DNA of 64,000 bases, taken from NCBI GenBank assembly GCA_964630235.1, contig CAZVUO010000001.1, forward strand, positions 360,294 to 424,293, given 5' to 3'. This DNA is from an uncultured bacterium (GTDB lineage: Bacteria; Oederibacteriota; JAAXVQ01; JAUVAV01). Position 1 is the stretch's first letter. Each line of letters opens with the position of its first letter. Below are positions 53,624 through 64,000 of the stretch, one piece after another. Both the position numbers and the translations under genes were made by a program. The notes beneath the pieces were generated by a model, which was given only the letters and a program-made list of their open reading frames with translations, was not told where the DNA came from and made no database searches.

Positions 53624-54006
53624 CGCGCGTCCTTGTCCCCCGGCCGCGGGGAGTCATGGCCCCCTGCTTCCGGAGAAACGAAGCGGTACACGATCTCGTC
53701 GTGGCGCACCAAGCCCAGCTCCTCCCGCGCGATCCGCTCCACGGCCCGCGGGTCCCGGCGCAGGGTTTCGATCTGGCTGCGTAGTTTTTGGTTCTTGGTT
53801 TTGAGCGTTTCGATTTGCTGCTGCGTGCGCTGGGTTTCCTGTTGCAGCGCCCAAATGCGCAGGATGCTCTTTTCTCCCCATAGAAGCAAGGTCAGCGCCA
53901 GCAGGGGCCCCAATCCGAAAACCAACCACCGCCATAGCCGCCCGGTGCCCGGCACCCGGAGGGTGTAGCGCGCGGGGCGCGAGGCCGGATGCTGCTGAGA
54001 GGACAC
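53620..54006 (-). CDS. FtsB/DivIC-like septum formation initiator family protein.
   Basis: TM segment plus coiled coil (QQQIETLKTKNQKLRSQIETL). ATGA overlap with the DUF501 gene. Confidence 0.7.
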   Translation of the reverse strand: MSSQQHPASRPARYTLRVPGTGRLWRWLVFGLGPLLALTLLLWGEKSILRIWALQQETQRTQQQIETLKTKNQKLRSQIETLRRDPRAVERIAREELGLVRHDEIVYRFVSPEAGGHDSPRPGDKDAR

Positions 54007-54041
54007 GCCGAGCCTCCCTGGTCCATAAGATCCAAACGTTG

Positions 54042-54077
54042 AAAAAAAACCACTTTCAGCCTCGCGGCTAAAAGTGG
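54042..54077 (-). terminator. Intrinsic terminator (CCACUUU...AAAGUGG hairpin plus U8) after the roadblock gene pair.
   Basis: Read directly. Confidence 0.6.
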
Positions 54078-54118
54078 CGACCCCCGTCCGTTCGCGCTCC
54101 CAAGAGGACGCGGAAGCG

Positions 54119-54478
54119 CTACGCCAGTTCTTTTTCGATCTTGGGAATCGCCTTTTTAACTTCCAGGCGCCCGCGTCCCAGATTGCCGTCCAGCTCCAGC
54201 GCGATCGCCAGGAAGTACTGCGTGCTCACCGTGTTCATGATCATCATGGCCCGCTCGGTGCTGATTAGAATCTCACTGGTCTTGCCCAGCCCGAAGCTTT
54301 CCGAGGCCTTCTTGGCGTTCTTGATGATGGTCGCGTATTCCGCTCCGACATCGCTGATGTTGAAAGAGCCCTTCAACGATATCTGGTCAATGACGATGCC
54401 GTCGGTGCCAACCAGGCCGGCGCCGATGGCGCCGTCCACGTTGCTGACCATTTCGCTAAGAATGGCTTTAAAGTCCAT
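54119..54478 (-). CDS. Roadblock/LC7-domain protein (MglB-like).
   Basis: 119 aa with the alpha-beta roadblock fold pattern (GAIGAGLVGTDGIVI...). Confidence 0.75.
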   Translation of the reverse strand: MDFKAILSEMVSNVDGAIGAGLVGTDGIVIDQISLKGSFNISDVGAEYATIIKNAKKASESFGLGKTSEILISTERAMMIMNTVSTQYFLAIALELDGNLGRGRLEVKKAIPKIEKELA

Positions 54479-54490
54479 GCGAGCTCCCGG

Positions 54491-55684
54491 TCATCTCAGC
54501 GCCTTGACCACTTCGCTCATGGCCAAGCGCATCTTGCCCAAATTGATGTTGTCATTGGCCAGCACCACGAGTATTTTGCTGCCGATCTTGCTGAAAATGA
54601 TCTGGCCGTGTTCGCCCGTAATCAGAATCTGGTTGACCTGCTGCCCGTAATTCATGACCTGCACGGACTTTTCGGTCTTGACGAAGATCAGCGAAACCGT
54701 GGACACCAGTTCCTTGACCTCGGTTTTCGTCTGCAGGGCGCTGGAGATCACCGTGCCCTGCAGATCCATCAGCAGGGTGCCCATGATGCCTTCGGTCTGC
54801 TGCAATTTCGCCAGCGCGGGAACCGAATCGCCGCCCGCCCCGGACCCAGCGTCCACTTTCGCGCTTTTAGCCGCGGCGGGAGGAGGCGCCGCAGGCGCCG
54901 GCGTTCTGGGAACCGTATCCTTCATGACGGACAGAATATCGTCCGAAGTAATCTTGTCGTTGTCCCGGGACGTTCCGCCAGTCTCCGCGCGGGAGCGCTC
55001 CGGCGCCTTGCGCTCGGTGCTGGCTTTGGCTTTTTTAACTTCCAGGTCCTTCAGCCGCTGCCGTACCACCAGATTTTCCGGGTCCGCCTCCAAAATCAGC
55101 TGGTAGAGTTTGACCGCGTTATCAATATCCCCCTGCCGGCTGAGCTCTTCCGCCCGGGTAAGATTCTGTTTTTTGTCCCGCTCCGCGTCGGCCGCTGACT
55201 TGGCGCCTGCGGCCGGCGCCGGTGCGGCCGGCGCGGCCGGCGCCTCAGGCTTGGACGCGCTGCTTTTGGCCAGCTCCAGGGCTTTCGCGAGCATTTGCTG
55301 CGCGTTGCCGTCGTCTGGATTGAGGGCCAAAACCTTCTGGAACTCTTTGATGGCGTCCGCGTATTTGGCCTGCAGCAAATAATTCTGCCCCAGCAGCGAA
55401 TGCGCCATGATGTTGTTGACGTCCGCTGAGGCTACTTTTTTGAACTCGGTGGCCGCTTCCTCGTACATTTTCTTTTCCATATACGCCCGGCCCAAAACCA
55501 TGCGGGCGCTCATGTACGAGGGGTGGATCTGCAGTCCTTTCAGGCAGGTTTCGATCGCCTCATCCAGCATCCCGCTCTTTCGATAGGCCTCGGCCAATGG
55601 AACAAAAACCAAGGATTCAGGGTTGCTGTTTAGTTTTTTACTATATTCTTCGATTTCCGCGAAGCCGGAATCGTCTTTTGCCAT
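54491..55684 (-). CDS. TPR-repeat protein with a C-terminal roadblock/LC7 domain.
   Basis: N-terminal TPRs (AEAYRKSGMLDEAIE...), a low-complexity A/P linker, and a C-terminal roadblock-like domain. Confidence 0.75.
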   Translation of the reverse strand: MAKDDSGFAEIEEYSKKLNSNPESLVFVPLAEAYRKSGMLDEAIETCLKGLQIHPSYMSARMVLGRAYMEKKMYEEAATEFKKVASADVNNIMAHSLLGQNYLLQAKYADAIKEFQKVLALNPDDGNAQQMLAKALELAKSSASKPEAPAAPAAPAPAAGAKSAADAERDKKQNLTRAEELSRQGDIDNAVKLYQLILEADPENLVVRQRLKDLEVKKAKASTERKAPERSRAETGGTSRDNDKITSDDILSVMKDTVPRTPAPAAPPPAAAKSAKVDAGSGAGGDSVPALAKLQQTEGIMGTLLMDLQGTVISSALQTKTEVKELVSTVSLIFVKTEKSVQVMNYGQQVNQILITGEHGQIIFSKIGSKILVVLANDNINLGKMRLAMSEVVKALR

Positions 55685-55698
55685 GAAACCCTCCGCCC

Positions 55699-56817
<1,119 letters not shown>

Positions 56818-57021
56818 TATAGCAGATACGTTTGCGCCGCGTCAAGGAATCGGTGTCCAATGGAGAACCCCGGCCGAAAAGCCCGGGGTGCCCTGCGGAG
56901 GAGATGGCCGGTGTGGCGCCCGGGCGTTCGTTTGGCCCCCGGGGAATCGGTAATGCTTGACATGGATGAAACGCCGAGAGTATCATCAGCGATAAACTTT
57001 TATACATCTGTCAGGGAGAGG

Positions 57022-58704
57022 ATGGTCAGGTGCATGCGCGGTCTGTGGAAGAGCGGAATGATCGGTTTGGTCCTGCTCGGGCTGGGAGGAACCCACGCCC
57101 TGGCCGATGAAGCCACGGTGCAGGCGCTGGGGAACGCTTTTCTCGTGCTGGAAGACGAAACCACGGTGCTGTCTCTGTTCAATCTGGGCAATCCGGCGGG
57201 CGCGGCGTTTTGGCCCTCGCCCAACCGCCTGGATCTTACCCTGCAAGGTGGACAGCGTCTGGCCTCGGAAGAGTATACCACCTCGCCGATTGATATTGTT
57301 GAAACCGTCCTCACCAGCGACACCATCATCCTGGAAAACCCGGCGGACCCCACCGGCACCACGGTCACGGTCCGGAAGATCAGGATCTCCTATCCCAACC
57401 TGGACCCGAACGGGAATACCCTGCCCGCTGGAATGGTTTTCAACCGAAAACGCTCCACGTACACTGCTGGTCTGCTCCCCGTCGAGAATCTCCTGTATCA
57501 AGGCGTCTTTGTGAAACCCGCGGAGCAGTTTACACTGCAGCTCATCCCCCTGGCCGCCTTCCGGTCCCTGCAAACCACTGACCCGTCCCGCCAAGACGAC
57601 TGGCAAACCGGAGGCGGCGCGAGAGCTTCCTACCAATTCCTGCCGAACATCGCCCTCGGCGCGGGCTTCACGGGCATGGCCCTTGGCGCGAACACGCCGC
57701 AGCAGATCGCGGAAAGCCAGGCGACCGGTCTGGAAGCGGGCGCCGCGTTCCGCCTGGCGGAGGTGTTCGACGCCGACGACCAGCTGGATGTTGGCGCCGT
57801 GTTCAGGGGATCGCTGCAGACCGACCGCATCACGCGCGAGGTCTTCCCGCCTTATTCGCAACGCTCCAGGCCGTGGCTGTCAGAAGCGCACGGCGTCTAT
57901 AGTTATAAATCGCTTATGGATGTTTCCCTGCAGCTGGGTTATCTGGTGAAAGAAGACTATCGCGAGTGGATGGGCCAGGAATTGCTCTCCTCGGCGTTGA
58001 GAAATTTGGAATACAATCTGCAGTTCCGGGTCAGGCTGCCCATGGCGCGCGAGGATGACCTCCGCTTCGGAGTCGCCTTTAATAACCGGGGCGTTGACCA
58101 CCCTTACCCCACGGGGACCCTGGAAACGCTCGATCCGGACACCCTGGCCCTGAACCCGCGCATTTTCACGAATTCCTCCTCCATCGGCATTGGCGCGGCC
58201 GTGGTGCCGGCCGAAGGCTCGATTGTCTCGCTCGAATACCACCTCAGTTCCTCCTTAAGCAAGTACGACCAGGCCGAGGAATCCTTGTGCGATTCGGGGC
58301 TCACGGGATTCACGCTGGGTGTTCAGTATGAACTGCTCGAGGGCCTGACGCTGAGGACCCACTGGGCTGACCGGCGTTTGACCTTTCAATCGCGTCCGCT
58401 GGAACTGGTCAGAACCGAGACCATCACCACGACCGGCGGCAGCACCTCCGTTGATAACTCCCTCCCCCCCGCCTGGGCGCCCGCTTCCAACCTCCTGACC
58501 CAGATCACCTACACCCGCAGTTTCGGATTCGGGGTGGGCATCGAAGACGGGCTTCTGCGCGTGAACGTGGCCGCCGTTTACGACCTGATCACCCACAGCC
58601 CCGAAGGCTGGACCTTCGAGGACAAGCCTGTTGATCTCAAAACCGTCAACCAGGATCTCACGCAGAACCTAACCGGCCTGGTCAGCGTGACCTGGCTCTT
58701 CTAA
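57022..58704 (+). CDS. Putative outer-membrane beta-barrel protein, hypothetical.
   Basis: ATG 57022 with an AGGGAGAGG SD. Signal peptide and alternating beta-strand pattern. Terminal residue Phe (..VSVTWLF), as in many beta-barrel OMPs. The listed upstream extension overlaps aroB. Confidence 0.6.
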   Translation: MVRCMRGLWKSGMIGLVLLGLGGTHALADEATVQALGNAFLVLEDETTVLSLFNLGNPAGAAFWPSPNRLDLTLQGGQRLASEEYTTSPIDIVETVLTSDTIILENPADPTGTTVTVRKIRISYPNLDPNGNTLPAGMVFNRKRSTYTAGLLPVENLLYQGVFVKPAEQFTLQLIPLAAFRSLQTTDPSRQDDWQTGGGARASYQFLPNIALGAGFTGMALGANTPQQIAESQATGLEAGAAFRLAEVFDADDQLDVGAVFRGSLQTDRITREVFPPYSQRSRPWLSEAHGVYSYKSLMDVSLQLGYLVKEDYREWMGQELLSSALRNLEYNLQFRVRLPMAREDDLRFGVAFNNRGVDHPYPTGTLETLDPDTLALNPRIFTNSSSIGIGAAVVPAEGSIVSLEYHLSSSLSKYDQAEESLCDSGLTGFTLGVQYELLEGLTLRTHWADRRLTFQSRPLELVRTETITTTGGSTSVDNSLPPAWAPASNLLTQITYTRSFGFGVGIEDGLLRVNVAAVYDLITHSPEGWTFEDKPVDLKTVNQDLTQNLTGLVSVTWLF

Positions 58705-58718
58705 TTTCCCCGGCCCGG

Positions 58719-59999
58719 ATGCGCTCGTCCCCTCGCTCCCGCGCGGCCTGGGGCTGGTGCCTGTATGATTGGGCCAACTCCGCCTTCGCCACCACGGTCA
58801 TGGCCGGTTTCTTCCCCGTCTTTTTCAAACAATTCTGGAGCCAGGGCGCGGACCCGCTGGCGAGCACGGCCCGCCTGGCTTTCGCCAATTCCGCGGCCGG
58901 CCTGGCGCTGGCCCTGCTGGCGCCGTGGCTGGGCGCGTCCGCGGACCAGGCGGCCCTGCGCAAGCGTTTTCTGGCGGCCTTCGCCCTGCTGGGTTTAGCC
59001 GCCACCGCCAGCCTCGCGGCCGTTCCTTCGGGCGCCTGGCTGCTGGCCGCGGCGTTGTACGTGGCCGCGACCATCGGGTTCTCCGGCGGCAATGTGTTCT
59101 ACGACGCGCTGCTGCCCCGGGTGGCCGCGCCTTCTGATTATACGGTCGTCTCCGCGCGGGGTTTCAGCCTGGGCTATCTGGGCGGCGGGCTGCTGCTGGC
59201 TCTGAATCTGTGGATGGCCGCCCAGCCCGGCCGGTTCGGCCTGGCGGACGCATCCGCCGCGGTGCGCGTGTCTTTCCTGCTGGTCGGCGGCTGGTGGCTC
59301 CTCTTCAGCCTGCCCCTGTGGTTCTGGGTGCCCGAGGCCAGGGCGGCGGAACGCCCCCGGGGCTGGCGCCTGTTCGCCGCGGGGTTTCACCGCCTGCGGA
59401 CCGCGTGGCAGGAGCTGGGGACCGGCAAGCGCGCCGTGGTTCTTTTTTTGTCGGCCTATGTCTGTTATATCGCGGGTGTGTTCACGGTCATGCGGATGGC
59501 CGTGGACTTCGGCCTGGCCGTGGGGCTGCCAGCCGCGTCCCTGGTGACCGCGTTGCTCCTGACCCAGGCGGTGGGATTTCCGGCCGCCCTGGCGTTCGGC
59601 GCGCTGGGCCGCCGCTGGGGCGCGCGCCGCGCCCTGCTGCTGGCGATCGCGGTTTATTTTTTGGTGACGTTGGGAGGGATGTCCCTGCGTTCGGCCGCTG
59701 ACTTTTATCTGCTGGCCGCGGGGATCGGCCTGGTGCAGGGAGGGATTCAAGCCCTGAGCCGCGCCTGGTACGCCTCGCTGATCCCGGAGGCCTCGGCAGC
59801 CGCTTATTTTGGGTTGTATGATCTGACCGGCAAGGTGGCGCTCGCGGTTGGACCCGCCCTGCTGGGCGCCGCGGCGTTGACCGGCCGGCTGGCCGGCCTG
59901 CCGGACGGGCAGGCCTCGCGGCTGAGCCTGGCGGCGGTCCTGCTCCTGTTCGCGCTGGGCGCGGCGTTCCTGCTCAGGTTTTCTTCAAAAACGCGCTGA
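58719..59999 (+). CDS. MFS transporter, UMF1 (Atg22-like) family.
   Basis: CLYDWANSAF N-terminal signature, 12 TM segments. Confidence 0.8.
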   Translation: MRSSPRSRAAWGWCLYDWANSAFATTVMAGFFPVFFKQFWSQGADPLASTARLAFANSAAGLALALLAPWLGASADQAALRKRFLAAFALLGLAATASLAAVPSGAWLLAAALYVAATIGFSGGNVFYDALLPRVAAPSDYTVVSARGFSLGYLGGGLLLALNLWMAAQPGRFGLADASAAVRVSFLLVGGWWLLFSLPLWFWVPEARAAERPRGWRLFAAGFHRLRTAWQELGTGKRAVVLFLSAYVCYIAGVFTVMRMAVDFGLAVGLPAASLVTALLLTQAVGFPAALAFGALGRRWGARRALLLAIAVYFLVTLGGMSLRSAADFYLLAAGIGLVQGGIQALSRAWYASLIPEASAAAYFGLYDLTGKVALAVGPALLGAAALTGRLAGLPDGQASRLSLAAVLLLFALGAAFLLRFSSKTR

Positions 60000-61263
60000 T
60001 CGTCTTCACTGCGCAAAACTCTCCGCACATGGTGCACACGTCCGGAGTGGCGAGCGGACGCGACTGGCGCGCGGCCCGCGCGGCCGCGGGGTCCAGCGCC
60101 AGCGCGATCTGCTGCTCCCAGTCCAGGGCCTTGCGCGCCTTGGACATCTCCAGGTCCCATTCGGCGGCGCCCGGCACGCCTTTGGCAAGGTCCGCGGCAT
60201 GGGCCGCGATCCGGGCCGCGATCACGCCCTGCCGGACATCCTGGGCGTCGGGCAGGCGCAGGTGCTCGGCCGGGGTCACGTAGCAGAGAAAATCCGCGCC
60301 GGCCGCGGCCGCGACCGCGCCGCCGATGGCGCAGGCGATGTGGTCGTACCCGGCCGCCACGTCCGTCACCAGGGGCCCGAGCACGTAGAATGGGGCGCCC
60401 TCGCACAGGGACTTCTCCATTTGGATGTTCGCGGCGATTTGGTTGAGCGGCACGTGACCCGGCCCCTCGATCATGACCTGCACGCCCGCGTGGCGCGCGC
60501 GCCGGGCCAGCTCGCCCAGCGTCAAGAGCTCCTGCACCTGGGCCCGGTCCGTGGCGTCCGCCACGCAGCCCGGCCGCAGGCCGTCGCCCAAAGACAGGGT
60601 CACCTCGTGTTTCCGACAGAGATCGAGCAATTCGTCAAACCGGGTAAAGTAGGGGTTCTCCTCTTCGTGCTGCAGCATCCAGCCGCTCAGCATGGCGCCG
60701 CCGCGCGACACCACGTCCATGATCCGGCCCTGGGCGCGCAGGCGCTCCAGGCTTTCCTGCGTCACGCCGGCGTGAATGGTCATGAAGTCCACGCCCTGTT
60801 CCGCCTGGTCCCGGACCACCGCCAGCATGTCCTCCGGCGTCATGGCCTGGTAGCTGCCCCCGCGTTCACGGGCGCGCACGGCCGCCTCGTAGATGGGCAC
60901 GGTGCCCAGCGGCGCGGAAAACCGCGCCAGCAGCTGCCGCCGCAGATCGAGGAGGTCCCCGCCCGTGGACAGGTCCATCAGCGCGTCCGCGCCGGCGTCC
61001 ACCGCCACTTGCGCTTTGTGCAATTCCTCTCCGGCGTCCGCGCAGTCGGGCGACGTTCCGAGGTTGGCATTCACCTTGGTCCGCAACCCGGCGCCGATGC
61101 CGACGGCCGCGGCCAGCGGGCCGCGCGCCGGATTGCGCGGGACCACGATGGTGCCTCGCGCCACGCCGGCCAGCACGGCCTCGGCCGGCACGTTCTCCGC
61201 GGCGGCCACGGCCTGGACAGCCGGCGTCAGCCTGCCCGCGCGGGCCGCTTCCAATTGGGTCAT
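59974..61263 (-). CDS. thiC: Phosphomethylpyrimidine synthase.
   Basis: Radical-SAM ThiC core and C-terminal CTMCGEFCA cluster. Start at ATG 61263 with an AGAGAGGAAA SD. Confidence 0.9.
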   Translation of the reverse strand: MTQLEAARAGRLTPAVQAVAAAENVPAEAVLAGVARGTIVVPRNPARGPLAAAVGIGAGLRTKVNANLGTSPDCADAGEELHKAQVAVDAGADALMDLSTGGDLLDLRRQLLARFSAPLGTVPIYEAAVRARERGGSYQAMTPEDMLAVVRDQAEQGVDFMTIHAGVTQESLERLRAQGRIMDVVSRGGAMLSGWMLQHEEENPYFTRFDELLDLCRKHEVTLSLGDGLRPGCVADATDRAQVQELLTLGELARRARHAGVQVMIEGPGHVPLNQIAANIQMEKSLCEGAPFYVLGPLVTDVAAGYDHIACAIGGAVAAAAGADFLCYVTPAEHLRLPDAQDVRQGVIAARIAAHAADLAKGVPGAAEWDLEMSKARKALDWEQQIALALDPAAARAARQSRPLATPDVCTMCGEFCAVKTISAFLKKT

Positions 61264-61811
61264 GGCTTTCCTCTCTTCCGTTCCCCGGCGGGCGCACCCC
61301 ATCTTCGCCACAGCAGGGACTCGAGGGCATAGGTTTCGAAACGGAGGCGCTTGAATTGCCTGGCGTCCAGCCTGCGGGGCCTGAGCTTCGCCATTTCCTC
61401 CAGCACCCGGAGCGCCTCCTGCGAACGCCGCAGATTGGCCCACGCCAGGTCAAGCCAGTTGGCGCGCGCGGCTTCGGAGCGCAGGGTCAGGCCGGCGCCC
61501 GGATCCCGCGCCGCGTCCCGGTTGCGGGCCCGGGCCGCGAGGGGCACGCGGTCTTCCGCGTCCCGCAGGGCGTGCCGCAGGCGCTTCACGCGCCGCTGCG
61601 CCGTGGCGTCCTCCCACACCAGGCGGGCCAGGTCTTCCACCACGCGCAGGCCTTCCCGGGCCCGGTTGCAATTGGCGTCCAATACTCGGTACCACACGTC
61701 CGTCACAAAACGCTCCTTGGCGCAACCCGCCGCGCCCGCGCGGGTTGGTCTGCATCGGGGCAAGGTCCCTGGGATGATGAACGCGTCGGGAACGAAGGTC
61801 TGGCGGTCCAT
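61260..61811 (-). CDS. Hypothetical protein co-transcribed with thiC (ATGA overlap).
   Basis: Start placed at ATG 61811 because the listed N-terminal 29 codons would translate an intrinsic terminator. Confidence 0.45.
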   Translation of the reverse strand: MDRQTFVPDAFIIPGTLPRCRPTRAGAAGCAKERFVTDVWYRVLDANCNRAREGLRVVEDLARLVWEDATAQRRVKRLRHALRDAEDRVPLAARARNRDAARDPGAGLTLRSEAARANWLDLAWANLRRSQEALRVLEEMAKLRPRRLDARQFKRLRFETYALESLLWRRWGAPAGERKRGKP

Positions 61812-61842
61812 GAAGAACGCGGCCGGCCGGAGATGAGCAGGC

Positions 61843-61872
61843 TGATAAAAAAACCCGCTGCGCGGGTTTTCT
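61843..61872 (-). terminator. Intrinsic terminator (AAACCCGCGCAGCGGGUUU plus U7) in the leader of the hypothetical-thiC operon.
   Basis: Read directly. Confidence 0.55.
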
Positions 61873-61967
61873 CGCTCGCGGCGCGCTGAAGCTCCCATGA
61901 AAAACGAGGGCTGTTTCGCGGGATACCAGGGTGCCGGCGGAACACCGAGGGGGTTTTCGGCACCCTG

Positions 61968-62588
61968 CTAGCGCCAGGCCGAGTCGTACGCGCCTTTGCT
62001 GGAAGACAGCTCCGCCTTGCCGCCGCCCGTGGTCAGCGGTTTGTCTCGCGACACCACTTTGGTGACGATCACTTTGGGCTGGATGGGCTGGGTGATATTG
62101 AGCGTCTTCTGAATGTAGCTCAGGACTTCCATCTGCACTTTTTCGGTCACCTGGATGAGGCTGACGTCGGAGAAGACCACGATCCGCGCCGTCACTTTCA
62201 GGCCTTTGCGGGTGTACCAGACGCGGCCCTTGATCTCGCGCAGGCCTTCAATCTTCCCGCGCAGAACGCGGGCGAAGTCCTCGATGGCGGGCAGGGACAC
62301 CAGCACGTCGCCGAGCGGGCTTTTCAGCACCACGGTCCGTTCCCGCCGCGAGGTCTGCACCGCGGCCCAGCCGTACGAGGCCAGGCCGGCGAGGATCAGG
62401 GCGCCGATGACCAGCGCCGCCACGCGGCCGGTAATGGACTCCAGCGCATAGGCCAGGGGGCCGCTCATGAACTCGCCCCACGCGGTGAAGAGGTCGGGCG
62501 AAATGGCGCCCGCCACGCCCAACAGGCCCAGCAACAAGACCACCAAAATCCCCAGCATCATCATTCCCAGGTTGACGCCACGCATCAT
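61968..62588 (-). CDS. Alkaline shock response membrane anchor protein AmaP-like.
   Basis: N-terminal TM helices, extended C-terminus, paired with an Asp23 gene. Confidence 0.65.
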   Translation of the reverse strand: MMRGVNLGMMMLGILVVLLLGLLGVAGAISPDLFTAWGEFMSGPLAYALESITGRVAALVIGALILAGLASYGWAAVQTSRRERTVVLKSPLGDVLVSLPAIEDFARVLRGKIEGLREIKGRVWYTRKGLKVTARIVVFSDVSLIQVTEKVQMEVLSYIQKTLNITQPIQPKVIVTKVVSRDKPLTTGGGKAELSSSKGAYDSAWR

Positions 62589-62616
62589 CGTTTCCTTTCT
62601 TCCCGGCCGGAGCGGT

Positions 62617-63000
62617 TCACCCCAGCGGATTATCCTTTTTGGGCGCTTTCAGCTTCACGCCCTGGACCGAAACATTGACCTGCGACACGGTCAGGCCGGT
62701 CATTTCCTCCACCGCTTCCCGCACCCGGTCCTGGACCTTTTGGCAGACGGAAGGAATGTCCACCCCAAACTCCACGTAGAGGTTCAGCTCGATCGCGACT
62801 TCCTCGTTCGCGACTTCCACGCGCACCCCGCGGCGCTGCGCGGCCTTCACGCCGAGCATCTCGGCGAAGCTGTCCGCCGTGCCTTGCGCCATCGAGGCCA
62901 CGCCTTCCTGCTCGAGCGCGGCCAGCCCGGCAATGACGGCGATCGCCTCGTCGGAAATGCGGATACTGCCGACTTCCCCGTCGTTTCTGTCTTCCGGCAT
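62617..63000 (-). CDS. Asp23/Gls24-family envelope stress protein.
   Basis: Asp23 core (SDEAIAVIAGLAA...EVAIELNLYVEFG). Confidence 0.8.
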   Translation of the reverse strand: MPEDRNDGEVGSIRISDEAIAVIAGLAALEQEGVASMAQGTADSFAEMLGVKAAQRRGVRVEVANEEVAIELNLYVEFGVDIPSVCQKVQDRVREAVEEMTGLTVSQVNVSVQGVKLKAPKKDNPLG

Positions 63001-63028
63001 AATCGTCCTCCTCGGCGCGCGAGTCGTT

Positions 63029-64000
<972 letters not shown>

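Noticed and set aside
61264-61300. TPP riboswitch expected immediately upstream of thiC.
   Set aside because: Only ~35 nt separate thiC from the preceding ORF, with which it shares an ATGA overlap, so there is no room for an aptamer. The candidate regulatory leader is further upstream (see the finding at 61811-61990).

Overview
High-GC (visibly about two-thirds G+C) bacterial chromosomal segment, almost entirely coding, with most genes on the minus strand and many adjacent genes joined by 4-nt ATGA/GTGA stop-start overlaps. It reads as core chromosome of a didermic bacterium (TolC, Mla, OMP and Bat genes present) that also carries Gram-positive-style PyrR and SpoIID-domain genes. No phylum call is possible from sequence alone.

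In window order, the recognisable content is:
- (1) a 5'-partial hypothetical CDS with a 30-bp tandem repeat, followed by a SpoIID/LytB lipoprotein gene;
- (2) a CPBP intramembrane protease;
- (3) a complete pyrimidine operon, pyrR-pyrB-pyrC-pyrK-pyrD-[PAP2 phosphatase]-[polysaccharide deacetylase]-pyrF-pyrE, preceded by a PyrR-type attenuator and by a 16-codon lysine-rich mini-ORF;
- (4) a TCA-cycle cluster with a LeuA/homocitrate-family synthase gene (candidate Re-citrate synthase) immediately upstream of NADP-isocitrate dehydrogenase, plus malate dehydrogenase, two-subunit class I fumarase and an aconitase-family hydratase;
- (5) a complete Bat/MoxR-type operon (MoxR, DUF58, hypothetical, BatA, BatB/C fusion with a poly-Q tract, BatD, BatE-like, plus two membrane proteins);
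- (6) NlpC/P60, a cytoplasmic histidine kinase, HDOD, TrkA/TrkH, an SNF-family Na+ symporter, a Cys-rich mini-protein and YjbQ;
- (7) an Mla-like ABC system, NUDIX and SDR genes;
- (8) an E. coli-like initiator tRNA-fMet with a perfect bidirectional terminator, gpmA and pgi;
- (9) a MarR-TolC-MFP-RND efflux operon with a near-consensus promoter;
- (10) tRNA-Leu(UAA) flanked by two ~135-bp repeats and overlapped by a DUF501 CDS;
- (11) FtsB, a roadblock/LC7 pair in a lower-GC patch, aroB, a beta-barrel OMP, an UMF1 MFS transporter, thiC, AmaP/Asp23 and partial accC.

No CRISPR array, integrase, transposase or obvious defence genes were seen. The most unusual non-coding content is a family of REP/MITE-like paired-hairpin elements present in at least four intergenic sites, plus several other large inverted-repeat structures inside operons.
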